Shown here piece after piece: positions 53,755-64,000 of a stretch of DNA of 64,000 bases. This DNA comes from an uncultured delta proteobacterium (GTDB lineage Bacteria > Desulfobacterota > Binatia > UBA9968): assembly GCA_963771465.1 (NCBI GenBank), contig CAVYTU010000002.1:32001-96000 (forward strand), given 5' to 3'. Position numbers and translations under genes: made by a program. The notes beneath the pieces were generated by a model. It saw only the letters and a program-made list of their open reading frames with translations, was not told the origin of the DNA and made no database searches. Within the stretch, counting starts at the first letter, position 1. The number at the start of each line of letters is the position of its first letter.

Positions 53755-54614
53755 ATGGAACATTCACTATCTCAGCCACCGTCAAGCGCGCTTCCAGCGA
53801 CGCCCTTAACCCTCGACGGTGCCTACCTCCTGCACCAAATGTTTCGCGTTCGCTGGTCGGCCTGGAAAGGGCTCGGCAGACCGAGCAGAAACATATTTTA
53901 GCCAACGCGACGGCGCTATTCGGCGCCATGGAGCAGAACAAGCCCGAGCCGACCGGGCTTTTCTCCCTGCTCGGCCATAAAGGCGATCTGATGCTCGTCC
54001 ACTTCCGCAAGAAGTTGGACGACCTCAACCATGCTGAACTTTCGCTCACCCAGTGCGAATTAAACGAATATCTCGAGCCGACCACTTCCTATCTCTCCGT
54101 GGTCGAGCTGGGAATCTACGAAGCTTCGGTGAAACTTTACGCGGAGCTGACTGCCAAAGGATGGCAACCCGGGACCGCGGATTGGAACAGCGCAGTCGAG
54201 GCTGAACTGGTTAAGCAGCGCGAAGGCGCGGCGCCGCGCCTGTGGCCGGAGATTCCGCAACGCCGCTATCTGTGTTTTTACCCGATGAACAAGTTTCGCG
54301 GTGAAGCGAAAAATTGGTACAGCGAACCCATCCGCGAACGCCAACGAATGATGCGCGAACACGGCATGATCGGCCGTCACTATGCCGGCAGAGTCACGCA
54401 AATCATTTCAGGTTCCATCGGCTTCGACGATTGGGAATGGGGCGTCGATCTATTTGCCGACGATCCGCTGGTATTCAAGAAACTCGTCTACGAAATGCGC
54501 TTCGACGAAGCCAGCGCGGTCTATGGCCTGTTCGGCACATTCTTCGTCGGCCTGCGCTTTCCGGTAAGCCAACTGGCCGTCTTGTTCGACGGCAAGACGC
54601 CGAGCTTCACTTAA
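53755..54614 (+). CDS. hemQ: Coproheme decarboxylase / heme-dependent peroxidase (chlorite-dismutase superfamily); frameshift near 53880
   Basis: N-terminal PLTLDGAYLLHQMFRVRW, YPMNK...NWY, MMREHGMIGR and GFDDWEWGV...FKKLVYEMRFDE. Confidence 0.8.
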
Positions 54615-54673
54615 TTTCTAATCAGCCATCGGCCAATTTCGAGATCCGCTCTGGTGCGGCGCGGAGGAGAACC

Positions 54674-55435
54674 ATGAGACTTAAGGATAAAGTCACCATC
54701 ATTACCGGCGCCGCCCACGGCATCGGCAAAGCTTACGCGCGCCGCTTCGCCGAAGAAGGCGCTCATGTGGTCATCGCCGATATCGATGGCGCCGGCGGCG
54801 CAGCGACCGCGAACGCAATTCTCGACGCCGGCGGGTCGGCCTGGTCGAGAACCAGCGACGTGCGCAGTCTGCCCAATGTCCAGGGACTCATGCAGGAGAC
54901 CGTAAATAAATTCGGCCGCATCGATGTCCTGCTCAACAACGCCGCGATCTATGTCACGCAAAAACTCTGGAAAGGTCCGGTCGAAGATTTGGAATTGGCC
55001 GAATGGGACCGCGTCATCGAAGTCAATTTAAAAGGCGTATTTCTGTGCAGCAAAGCCGCGATCCCGATCATGAAGCAACAAAAGAGCGGCAAGATTATCA
55101 ACATCGCGTCGGGGACGTTTTTTAGCGGCTCGGGCAACATGCCGCACTACACGACAGCTAAGGGTGGCGTGGTCGCGCTCACTCGCGTCATGGCGCGACA
55201 GCTCGGCGAGTTCGGTATCAACGTGAACTGCATGACTCCCGGCTCGACCATGAGCGAAGAAAACGTCTCGGAAGAAGTATTGAAACGGCGCGAAGGCAGC
55301 ATGGACAAGCGCGCCTTTAAACGCGTCGAGACGCCCGCCGACATCGTCGGCACGGCGGTTTTCTTGGCCAGCGCCGACAGCGACTTCGTCACCGGACAGC
55401 TGCTCGTCGTCGAAGGCGGCGGCATCATGCATTAG
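54674..55435 (+). CDS. Short-chain dehydrogenase/reductase
   Basis: ITGAAHGIG, LLNNAA, HYTTAKGG and DFVTGQ. Confidence 0.92.
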   Translation: MRLKDKVTIITGAAHGIGKAYARRFAEEGAHVVIADIDGAGGAATANAILDAGGSAWSRTSDVRSLPNVQGLMQETVNKFGRIDVLLNNAAIYVTQKLWKGPVEDLELAEWDRVIEVNLKGVFLCSKAAIPIMKQQKSGKIINIASGTFFSGSGNMPHYTTAKGGVVALTRVMARQLGEFGINVNCMTPGSTMSEENVSEEVLKRREGSMDKRAFKRVETPADIVGTAVFLASADSDFVTGQLLVVEGGGIMH

Positions 55436-55582
55436 ATCTCGTTAACCGCAGCGGGCGATTAAGTGGCGCAAAACTCAGTCGCATCGAGAGAACGCGCGAA
55501 GCGTGTGGCAAACTCCGCCGGAAATTTGCCGTTTAAAAGCTCGCAAAACACGGATAGTGGCGACGCGTCTATAGCTTGGGGA

Positions 55583-56080
55583 TTAATTTGAATTCGGCGT
55601 TACGCCGTAAACGTGGCCGCAGGAGTCGCAGAAAACAATATTGAATGGCGCGAGGATAAACTGCTTGCCGCGGCCCGTCGGCGCGCCTCCGCGGCGGGAG
55701 AGCACATGTTCACTGCCGACCACGGCGCAGGAAGGACACTTGGGTTCCGCCTGGGGCTTGGCTTTGAATTCTTGCGAGAAATGAAATCCGTTGCCGACAT
55801 CTTCACTGAAGTTGGGCTTTTCGTCTTCGACTGTTTTTTCCGGCTCGGGCTGAGCCCCAGCGGGTTTCGTCACCGAATCATAGACCATTCGCTGCTGGCC
55901 GTCCGACAAGACTGCGTAGGCGTCCAGCACCTGCTTAAACTTTCCCGCCGCTTCGTCATCACCGGGGTTACGGTCCGGATGATAACGAAACACCATCTGA
56001 CGATAGGCGCGTTTGATCTCGTCCGCAGAAGCTGCTCGCTTCACGCCCAGCAATGAATAGTAGTCGGTATTGGTATCCAA
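55583..56080 (-). CDS. J-domain protein with C-terminal CxxC...CxxC zinc ribbon
   Basis: DYYSLLGV...YHPDRNPG (HPD motif) and CPSC...CDSCG. Confidence 0.85.
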   Translation of the reverse strand: MDTNTDYYSLLGVKRAASADEIKRAYRQMVFRYHPDRNPGDDEAAGKFKQVLDAYAVLSDGQQRMVYDSVTKPAGAQPEPEKTVEDEKPNFSEDVGNGFHFSQEFKAKPQAEPKCPSCAVVGSEHVLSRRGGAPTGRGKQFILAPFNIVFCDSCGHVYGVTPNSN

Positions 56081-56142
56081 TCGCTAATACCTAGTCGCGG
56101 CGGGATAAGCGAGCCATCGGGTCATGATCATGACGGGAATCT

Positions 56143-56628
56143 TTAGCGGCGCAAGCGCCCGCGCGCGCCGCCCGTACCGGTCAATTTGCCGCGCTGTTTG
56201 TACATAGCGACGCACAAGTCGTAAATCGCGGAGCCGGCGCGGTCGTCGACAACATGCTCGTGATCACGATTGATATATTCTACCACTAACGTGGTGTCTT
56301 TGGCTCCTCGCTGGTTGTTCGCTAGGCGAATCAATTTAGCTTCGTTCTTGTCCAGGAAACCACCAATCGTGCGAAAAATTTGCGCCTGATTGAGAAAATC
56401 TTTAGACGGCGAAACCTGATTCCGTTTCTCATCACCGCTCCGGTCGAGCTCCACAATATCGGCCGGACGATAGTAAATCGTTACCGGCGTCGGCGCCGGC
56501 GGATCTTGGTAACCGCATCGCGCGGTATAATCCTTGCCCTCGCAACGGACTTCGAAGCACTTAAGCCCACGGCGCTCCAAATCCTGGCCGATACAGCGCA
56601 GCGCAGTGGCGTAATTGATTTGCGGCAT
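56143..56628 (-). CDS. Hypothetical protein with internal duplication
   Basis: 161-aa ORF; ALRCIGQDLE and IFRTIGGFLD are similar segments. Confidence 0.6.
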   Translation of the reverse strand: MPQINYATALRCIGQDLERRGLKCFEVRCEGKDYTARCGYQDPPAPTPVTIYYRPADIVELDRSGDEKRNQVSPSKDFLNQAQIFRTIGGFLDKNEAKLIRLANNQRGAKDTTLVVEYINRDHEHVVDDRAGSAIYDLCVAMYKQRGKLTGTGGARGRLRR

Positions 56629-56821
56629 TCTTGGATCTCCGGCTCTAACCAATCGAATCATAAGACAAGCATTCACGGCCCACGCCGTTAAGTGTAAATG
56701 GTACGAACAGTGTGTGGAAAAAGCAACCAAAAACTTACCGCTACCGCTATGGAAAATAGCGGTCTGCGGGAAGTTTTCAGGAATTTCCGTGGATTGGCAG
56801 CAATCTTGTGGAGAAATGGAA

Positions 56822-57451
56822 TTATTCTGGCATCGCGGACAATGCGTCCATCACGCCAATCATGCTGTCGCGGGTGACTAGTTTTTCCAGCTCGGCGACG
56901 CTCAAACTCTCGGTTCCCACCGGGCGCAGCGGCAAGACGATGTAGCGAATGTCTGCGGTGCTATCATGTACCCGCACTTCCACGTCGTCGGCTAGTTCCA
57001 AACCAAATTCGCGCATCACGCCGCGCGGGTCGGCGACCGAGCGCTGGCGATAATTAAAACTCTTGTACCAATCGGGCGGCCGGCCGAGAATCGGCCGGGG
57101 ATAACAGGAGCAAAGCGTGCACACCACCATGTGGCGGACTTTTTCGCTGTTCTCCAACACCACAAACTCGTTGATCGCCGTGGCGTCAATTGCCATCTCT
57201 GCGCAGGCCGCTTTGGGATCGGCGATCAAGCGCGCTTTGAACGCGGCGTCGGTCCAGGCGCGCGCCACGAGTTTTGCGCCGTTGGCCGGTGTGCGCGCTT
57301 CCTGATATTCAATCTGGCACTGAATATCCTTTTCAGTGATCACACCTTTTTCAACCAATAGATCGCGAATCGCATAGATACGCTTGGCGAAATGGCTCAA
57401 CTCATGTTTCGGATGCTCATGGCCATGGTCATCGGTCACAGTATCGGCCAT
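56822..57451 (-). CDS. Co-type nitrile hydratase alpha / thiocyanate hydrolase gamma (ScnC)-like subunit
   Basis: Metal-binding VCTLCSCY (Thr/Tyr indicate Co type) followed by PRPILG; GAKLVARAWTD and VRVHDST. Confidence 0.9.
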   Translation of the reverse strand: MADTVTDDHGHEHPKHELSHFAKRIYAIRDLLVEKGVITEKDIQCQIEYQEARTPANGAKLVARAWTDAAFKARLIADPKAACAEMAIDATAINEFVVLENSEKVRHMVVCTLCSCYPRPILGRPPDWYKSFNYRQRSVADPRGVMREFGLELADDVEVRVHDSTADIRYIVLPLRPVGTESLSVAELEKLVTRDSMIGVMDALSAMPE

Positions 57452-57464
57452 CGTGCGTCCTCCC

Positions 57465-57752
57465 CTAAGCGAGCGGTTCCAACCAATGATCGTAAATATC
57501 GACCAGCACTTTATCCTTCGCCCCGGCCGATTTTCCCCACACATCGGCCTGGTTGAAAGCGACTAAATAAAGCGTCTTCTTGGGCAAGCCGTCCTTGCCA
57601 AAGGCGAGCAATTCGGGATTCAAGAAATCGCCGTAGACTTTTTCAATCCAACCCGCTTTGCCGCGAATATACCAAGGCGTGCGCAGGTGTCCGGGACGGT
57701 CTTCGAATTTCACTTTGACCCGGTCGCCGGGTTTGAATGGTCCGTTTACCAT
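57465..57752 (-). CDS. NHase beta C-terminal SH3-like / thiocyanate hydrolase alpha (ScnA)-like subunit
   Basis: FKPGDRVKV...GHLRTPWYIRGK.G...LYLVAF...VW...VDIYDHWLEP. Confidence 0.85.
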   Translation of the reverse strand: MVNGPFKPGDRVKVKFEDRPGHLRTPWYIRGKAGWIEKVYGDFLNPELLAFGKDGLPKKTLYLVAFNQADVWGKSAGAKDKVLVDIYDHWLEPLA

Positions 57753-57754
57753 GC

Positions 57755-58066
57755 TCACGGTTCGCCCCACTTGGCTTCGAATTCGGCGAGCTTGTTGTCG
57801 ATTTCTTCCTTGGAGAGAATATTTTTTTCGATGAGAATAGCTTCGATGCTAGCAATCCAGCGCTCATAATAAGTCATGTCCCGGTAAGCTGCCGAGTCCA
57901 TTTCTTCGCGCGCGCGGCGCATCTCGTCGGTGCGCTTGACGCCGCGCGCGCCGAGCGCTTGATTTACCGCGTCGGCGAGAATTTCCCAATCGGAAAGTTG
58001 GTGCTCGTTCACGTCGATGGCTCCCGCGCCGGGAAGCCCGCCAACGTCATGATGCCCGCGCGCCAT
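57755..58066 (-). CDS. NHase beta N-terminal / thiocyanate hydrolase beta (ScnB)-like subunit
   Basis: HDVGG, WE, DEMRRARE and YYERWI...LIEK. Confidence 0.82.
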   Translation of the reverse strand: MARGHHDVGGLPGAGAIDVNEHQLSDWEILADAVNQALGARGVKRTDEMRRAREEMDSAAYRDMTYYERWIASIEAILIEKNILSKEEIDNKLAEFEAKWGEP

Positions 58067-58075
58067 AATAGCCTC

Positions 58076-59848
58076 CTAAGCCTTTAATCGAGCGGCAAGC
58101 GCTTTGTGCTCGTCCTTGATACCGGTCGGCAAATGATCGCCGAAGGTAGCAAAAAAATCGCTCTGGCTCTTCAAGTTATTTTTCCATGCTTCCCGATCGA
58201 CTGAGACCAATTGATCGAGGTCTGCCTTGGAGACTTCCAGTCCATCGCCGCTCAAGCTCGCCGCTTTGGGCACATAGCCGATCGGCGTCTCATCCGCCTG
58301 GCCGCCGCCTTTTGAGCGCTCGATCACCCATCGCAGCACACGGAGGTTTTCGCCGAAACCGGGCCAGAGGAATCGGCCGCGCTCGTTACGCTGGAACCAA
58401 TTGACGCGGAATATTTTCGGCGGATTGGTCGCGCGCTGGGCCATCGACAACCAATGCCCCCAATAGTCGCCCATGTTGTAACCGCAGAAAGGCAGCATGG
58501 CCATTGGGTCGCGCCGCACCACACCGACCATGCCGGTTGCTGCGGCGGTCGTCTCCGACGCCAAAGTCGCGCCGAGAAAAGTACCGTGCTGCCAGTTGAA
58601 CGATTGATACACCAGCGGTACCAACTTTTGCCGGCGCGCGCCAAAAAGAATCGCGCTGATCGGCACGCCTTCGGGCTTTTCCCATTCGGGCGAATAGGTC
58701 GGCGCTTGTTTGATCGACACGGTAAAGCGCGCGTTCGGGTGCGCCGCCGGCTGGCCGCCTTCGGGATCCCAAGGCTTGCCGCGCCAATCTTGAGCATTGT
58801 CCGGCACCCGGTCATCGTGGCCTTCCCACCAAACCGTGCCATCATCACGCAGCGCGACATTAGTAAAGATGGTGTTCTTCTTCACCGTCTGCACCGCGTT
58901 GGGATTGGTGTTCGAGCCGGTGCCCGGTGCCACGCCGAAGAAGCCCGCTTCCGGATTGATCGCCCACAACCGTCCATCGGCACCGACGCGCAACCAAGAA
59001 ATATCGTCACCCACGGTGTGAATCTTCCAGCCCTTCATGCTTGCCGGCGGCACGAGCATCGCCATGTTGGTTTTGCCGCAGGCGCTCGGAAAGGCGCCGC
59101 AGATGTAAGTGATTTCGCCGTCCGGACTCTCGACACCGACGATCAACATATGCTCGGCGAGCCAGCCTTCTTTGTGACCGAGCTTGCTGGCGATACGCAA
59201 TGCCAAACATTTTTTTGCCAGTAAGGCGTTGCCGCCGTAACCGGAACCGACGCTCCAGATCGTGTTGTCCTGGGGATAGTGGCAGATAAAGCGCCGCTCC
59301 ATGTCGAGATCGGCTTTGGAATGGAGACAACGAGTGAAATCATCCGACGTGCCCAAATGATCCAAGGCGATTTTGCCCATGCGCGTCATCAACCGCATGT
59401 TGAGCACAACGTAAACGCTATCGGTAACTTGGACGCCGACCTTACTAAACGACGAGCCCTGCGGCCCCATCAAAAATGGAATGACGTACAACGTCCGGCC
59501 GCGCATCGAACCAGCGAATATCTTCGAGAGTTTGTCGTAGGACTCCGCGGGCGCCATCCAGTTATTGTTCGGTCCCGCGTCTTCCTGCTGTTCGGAACAA
59601 ACGAAAGTCAGATTTTCGGTGCGTGCCACGTCGTTCTGAGCACTGCGATGGAGATAGCAACCGGGCAGTTCCTTTTGGTTGAGCGGCAAAAGGTCACCGC
59701 ATTGAACCGCGACATGGGTTAATTTTTCCCGCTCCGCTTCAGAGCCGTCGCACCAGTAAACATTGTCCGGCTGGCACATCGCCGCCATCTGCTTGACCCA
59801 TTGTTGGATATGGATGTTATTCGGAACCGTCCCTGGGATATCGCTCAT
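58076..59848 (-). CDS. pckG: GTP-dependent phosphoenolpyruvate carboxykinase
   Basis: DVAR, GSGYGGNALLAKKC, WLAEHM, FPSACGKTN, VGDDI, AHPNARF and RRDPMAMLPFCGYN. Confidence 0.96.
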   Translation of the reverse strand: MSDIPGTVPNNIHIQQWVKQMAAMCQPDNVYWCDGSEAEREKLTHVAVQCGDLLPLNQKELPGCYLHRSAQNDVARTENLTFVCSEQQEDAGPNNNWMAPAESYDKLSKIFAGSMRGRTLYVIPFLMGPQGSSFSKVGVQVTDSVYVVLNMRLMTRMGKIALDHLGTSDDFTRCLHSKADLDMERRFICHYPQDNTIWSVGSGYGGNALLAKKCLALRIASKLGHKEGWLAEHMLIVGVESPDGEITYICGAFPSACGKTNMAMLVPPASMKGWKIHTVGDDISWLRVGADGRLWAINPEAGFFGVAPGTGSNTNPNAVQTVKKNTIFTNVALRDDGTVWWEGHDDRVPDNAQDWRGKPWDPEGGQPAAHPNARFTVSIKQAPTYSPEWEKPEGVPISAILFGARRQKLVPLVYQSFNWQHGTFLGATLASETTAAATGMVGVVRRDPMAMLPFCGYNMGDYWGHWLSMAQRATNPPKIFRVNWFQRNERGRFLWPGFGENLRVLRWVIERSKGGGQADETPIGYVPKAASLSGDGLEVSKADLDQLVSVDREAWKNNLKSQSDFFATFGDHLPTGIKDEHKALAARLKA

Positions 59849-60031
59849 GAGTGGCTATATGTCCTTTCCAAAATGCGTCGTTTGAAGCACCAGCCTGACA
59901 ACTCCGCGAGCGCTCAAAAAGATTCTGCAACCGAGCAAAAAATTTCTCCCAACAGGCCGGAGTCGTTGGGCTTTCTACTAGTCGGGAAGCCTACTTATTC
60001 ACTGAGGTGAAGTCAAATGAAGGGCGGCGGA

Positions 60032-60938
60032 TCACTCTTTGAAAATGCGCGCCAGCCGCCAGCGGCCGGCAGCGACATCTTCAGTCCACTCGGCGAGCGC
60101 GACTAACGTGCCCCGTGGATCAAGTATAGCGAGGAGTTTTTCGCCCTCGCGCGGCCGGCCGAGTTGCGGCTAGAACTTCTTGCTGGCCTAGGCGCAATCG
60201 AGAAATCAATTGGCTGCGCCACGCCACCGCGGGCAAATGACTTAATGCCGAGCGCAACGAAAGCAGCGGGGGCGCTCCGTTGGCACAGCGTTCCTCCAAC
60301 TCATCAGGCGTGAGCGCTTCGCTGATATTTAAATGGTCGCAGGCCGAGCGCCGGAGAGTTTTCAAATGTGCGCCACAGCCTAACTCCGTACCCATGTCCG
60401 CCGCCAACGTACGCACGTAGGTGCCGCGCGAACAGATCACCTCGAACTCAATTTCCGTCTCGCTTAATTGTCGAAGCGTGAGCGCTTTGATGCGAATCGC
60501 CCGCGCTTCACGGGGGATTTCCTTACCTTGGCGCGCCAACTGGTACAAACGTACGCCGTCTTTCTTGAGCGCCGAAAACATCGGCGGGACTTGCGTCAGA
60601 TCGCCGGTGAATTTGCTTTCGAGCATCGTGAGTTCCGCCCCTCCGACCGGGGGCACGGAGCGCGTTTCGATCACCTTGCCGGTACAGTCTTGCGAATCGG
60701 TCTCCACGCCCAACACCATCACGCCGACATAGCTCTTCGCGCCGCTAAGAAAAATATCGGCAATTTTGGTGCCTTCGTTGACACCGATGAGCAGCAAGCC
60801 GGACGCGAACGGATCGAGCGTGCCGAGATGCCCGACCTTTTTCGCCCCCAGAATCGTTTTCACCCGGTGCACCACTTGGGCCGAAGACGGCCCCACCGGC
60901 TTGTCGATCAGCAGCACACCGCTTTGCGTCGTTATCAT
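60032..60938 (-). CDS. truB: tRNA pseudouridine(55) synthase; frameshift near 60165
   Basis: DKPVG, GHLGTLDPFASG, QVPPMFSALK and CSRGTYVRTL; the C-terminus (...WRLARIFKE) is in a shifted frame. Confidence 0.93.
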
Positions 60939-61064
60939 AGGGAAAGAGGCCGTTCGAGAAAGAATGGAGTATTTTTAGAAAAAAGAACTACGATTCATCA
61001 CGAAAGATACGAAGTCCGCCCGGAACAAGTCAAAGGGAGCACGGAACTCGGAGTGAAAATCAAG

Positions 61065-61406
61065 TTAACTCTTTACCTGCTTCAACAATTCATCGATGCG
61101 CTGGGCTTCGTCTTCGCTGTCGTCGTAGGTAAATTCGATCGCCGGGACGAATCGCAGGTTGAGCTGATTGCCAACCCTCGAGCGGATAAATCCGCTGGCG
61201 CTCTTCAGACCCGCCGCTGCGTTAATGCGAGAATCTTGTCCGCCGCGAATGTTGAAATAGACTCGGGCATTGCGCAAATCTTTGCTGACTTTCACGCCGG
61301 TGAGTGTAACCGTCTGCACCCGCGGGTCACGGATGTCTTTGCGCAAAAGCTCCGCAATCACTTCAAGGATCAAATCACCGACCCGGTCTGAGCGTTGATA
61401 CTCCAT
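61065..61406 (-). CDS. rbfA: Ribosome-binding factor A
   Basis: RSDRV, IRDPR, VSKDLRNARVY and LRFVPAIEF.YD.S. Confidence 0.95.
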   Translation of the reverse strand: MEYQRSDRVGDLILEVIAELLRKDIRDPRVQTVTLTGVKVSKDLRNARVYFNIRGGQDSRINAAAGLKSASGFIRSRVGNQLNLRFVPAIEFTYDDSEDEAQRIDELLKQVKS

Positions 61407-61519
61407 GGATTTTAGGGTGACGAAAAATTTTGCGGCGCGAAGGACATGAAGATTCGGATTGTCAATTCTGCCCTTGGCGCCGTTTGCGGCCAATTGTCTG
61501 GCGTCCGAAAAAATATTCT

Positions 61520-61807
61520 TTAGCAGTAAAAAAATTCGATGCCGGCCGCGCCGACTTCGGCCAAACCCAACTCATCGACAAACTCGACGACCTTGGTCAG
61601 TGTCGCTTCGATGATCGGCCGGCTGGTGCCGGCGATCGCGAAGCCGAGCAGGGTGCTTTGCCACAAGTCCTGATCGCCGCACTCAGCAACGGAAATATTG
61701 AATCGATGCGACACCCGCGCCTGGATTCGCTTGATGACTCCCCGCTTGCCCTTGAGGGAATGATTTTCGGGAATCACCAGGTTGAGCTTGAGAACACCGA
61801 CAACCAT
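61520..61807 (-). CDS. DUF503 (YlxP) family protein
   Basis: SLKGKR...FNISVAE...QDLWQ; lies between infB and rbfA. Confidence 0.9.
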   Translation of the reverse strand: MVVGVLKLNLVIPENHSLKGKRGVIKRIQARVSHRFNISVAECGDQDLWQSTLLGFAIAGTSRPIIEATLTKVVEFVDELGLAEVGAAGIEFFYC

Positions 61808-61843
61808 GGAGAAAATGGCAACCGAAAGGATTGCGCCTACGAC

Positions 61844-64000
61844 CTAGACGCGCGCTTCACGCCCGGACGGAGTTGGATTGATCCTGCGAATGACGGGAAT
61901 CTTCTCGTAAGCTCTCGATCACATCGCCTTGTTTCAAATCCTGATATCCTTCGAGCGAGAGGCCGCATTCATAACCCGCGGCCACTTCGCGCACGTCGTC
62001 CTTGAACCGCTTCAAGCTTGCCAGCTTGCCTTCGTGCACCACCACTTGGTCGCGCAACAGACGAACCGAGTGGCCGCGCGCCACTTTGCCTTCAGTGACG
62101 TAGCATCCGGCGATGGTGCCGACGCCGACGATGTTGAAGATCTGGCGAATCTCGACGCGGCCGTGCACTTGCTCGCGGTAAGTCGGCTCGAGCATGCCTT
62201 CCATGGCGGCACGTACATCGGCGACCGCTTCGTAAATGATCGTGTAGAGGCGCACGTCGACGCCTTCTTTCGCGGCCAAGGCCGCGCCTTTCGATTCCGG
62301 CCGCACGTTGAAACCGATAACGATGGCGTTCGATGCGGCAGCGAGCAAGATATCGCTCTCGGTGATGCCGCCCACCGAACCGTGCAGAACTCTCAGCTTG
62401 ACGTCATTGGTGGACATCCGTGTTAAAGCCTCGGTCACCGCCTCGACGGAACCTTGCACATCGGCTTTGAGTACGACGCGCAGTTCTTTGACATCGCCGG
62501 CCTTGATTTGACTGTAAATTCTTCGAGCGACACTTTGCTCGATTTGACCAATTCGGTTTCGCGCTGCTTGCCGTGGCGGAACTCAGCCACTTGGCGCGCT
62601 TTGGCTTCATCGGCCACCGCGACGAATGAATCGCCGGCCAGCGGCACGCCCTGCAAGCCCAAAATTTCCACCGGGAACGACGGCGGCGCCGCATCTACTT
62701 TGCGCCCTTGATCGTCGATCATGGCGCGCACTTTGCCGTAAAACACGCCACAGACAAATGCGTCGCCGACATGCAGCGTGCCTTCCTGCACCAACACTGT
62801 CGCCACGGGACCGCGGCCGCGGTCGAGTTTCGCTTCGACAATCGTGCCGCGCGCCAGTTTGTCGGGGTTGGCTTTGAGCTCCAAGATATCGGCCTGGAGC
62901 TGGAGCATTTCCAACAAGTGCGGAATACCTTCATGGGTTTTCGCCGACACCGGCGCGAACACCGCATCGCCGCCCCAATCCTCAGAGAGCAGACCATATT
63001 CGGACAATCCTCTTTTTACTTTTTCCAAATCAGCATCGGGCCGGTCGATCTTATTGACCGCGACGAGGATCGGCACCTCGGCAGCGCGGGCATGGTTGAT
63101 CGCTTCCACCGTCTGCGGCATGACCCCGTCGTCGGCGGCGACCACCAACACGACGATGTCGGTGACCTTCGCGCCGCGCGCGCGCATGGCGGTGAACGCT
63201 TCATGGCCCGGCGTGTCGAGAAAGGTCACGCTACGGCCGTCGACTTGGACGTGATAGGCGCCGATATGTTGGGTGATGCCGCCATGTTCTTGCGCGGTCA
63301 CATGGGTGCTGCGAATCGCATCGAGCAAGGAGGTCTTGCCATGATCGACGTGGCCCATGATGGTCACGACCGGCGAACGTGGCATCAGTGCGCTTTCCTG
63401 CTCTTCCGCTTGATGCTCGACTTCCAACATGCTGTCGACGTCGAAGGCGACGTTCTCAACTTGATGATCGAATTCTGAGGCGATCAAAGTCGCGGTGTCG
63501 GCATCGAGCACTTGGTTGATCGTCGCCATCATGCCCATGCCCATCAGTTTCTTGATCACGTCGCCGGCTTTGACGCCCATCTCACGCGACAGATCGCCGA
63601 CGGTAACCACTTCGGAAATTTTGATAACGCGTTTGCTCGCCTTTGGAACCGTGATCTCGGTTTTGCGGACTTCTTTGCCAGGCAACACCCGGCGCTTTTT
63701 TTGAAACCGTCCGCCGCGCAGCTCACTCTCGCGGGTCTCCAACACATCTTGCTTTTTAACCACGCGTTTTTTGTGCCGTCCGGTTTTCGGTTTGTCCGCG
63801 TCGCCCGGTGCGGGTGGCGCCCCGTCTGCCGGCCTGGCCGCATCAGTGGGGCGAGACCCAGGCGCGCCTGCTGGAGGTCGGCGTAGGACCGGCGTCGGCG
63901 CCGGTTCGATGCGCATGGTTTGTTTAAGATCGATACGGCCAAGGATACGCGCGCCACGCGGTGCCTCGGGTTGTGCGGCCGGCGCCGGCTTCGCGGCTGG
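61844..64000 (-). CDS. infB: Translation initiation factor IF-2 (5' part beyond the window); frameshifts near 62515 and 61915
   Basis: [35 protein letters not shown] and [12 protein letters not shown]. Confidence 0.97.

Noticed and set aside
59850-60030. Hairpins upstream of pckG as a riboswitch
   Set aside because: Two short stems only, with no recognisable aptamer consensus.

Overview
A 64-kb chromosomal window from a GC-rich diderm bacterium (MlaA, TolC and SecDF present). Gene content and style suggest Candidatus Binatia or a Deltaproteobacteria-like lineage, which is inference only. Many genes, including infB and truB, carry single-base frameshifts that are most simply long-read consensus errors. 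The left 10 kb is a minus-strand defence locus: hsdM-hsdS-[four-helix-bundle gene remnant]-[Trypco1-like small protein]-[cytoplasmic trypsin-like protease with a pYEATS-like C-terminal domain]-hsdR-M48 metalloprotease. The two-gene protease cassette inside the Type I R-M operon is the strongest candidate for an undescribed system. The rest is mostly housekeeping and catabolic: a queuosine-precursor transporter, recJ, secF/secD/yajC/tgt/queA, slipin-NfeD, UDG, coaBC, mlaA, tolC, rluA, manC, trmI, PAC2, aminotransferase/ALDH, TctC plus a fused TctA-TctB, a lone Mo-hydroxylase large subunit, a CCA enzyme, an M16 peptidase pair, UbiD, ChdC/HemQ, a three-gene Co-type thiocyanate-hydrolase/nitrile-hydratase-like cluster, GTP-PEPCK and truB-rbfA-DUF503-infB. 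Non-coding highlights are two diverged copies of a ~190-nt multi-stem intergenic element (22075-22263 and 36604-36793) and a 90-nt four-way-junction candidate RNA between secF and recJ. No rRNA, tRNA, CRISPR array, integrase or intact transposase was seen.
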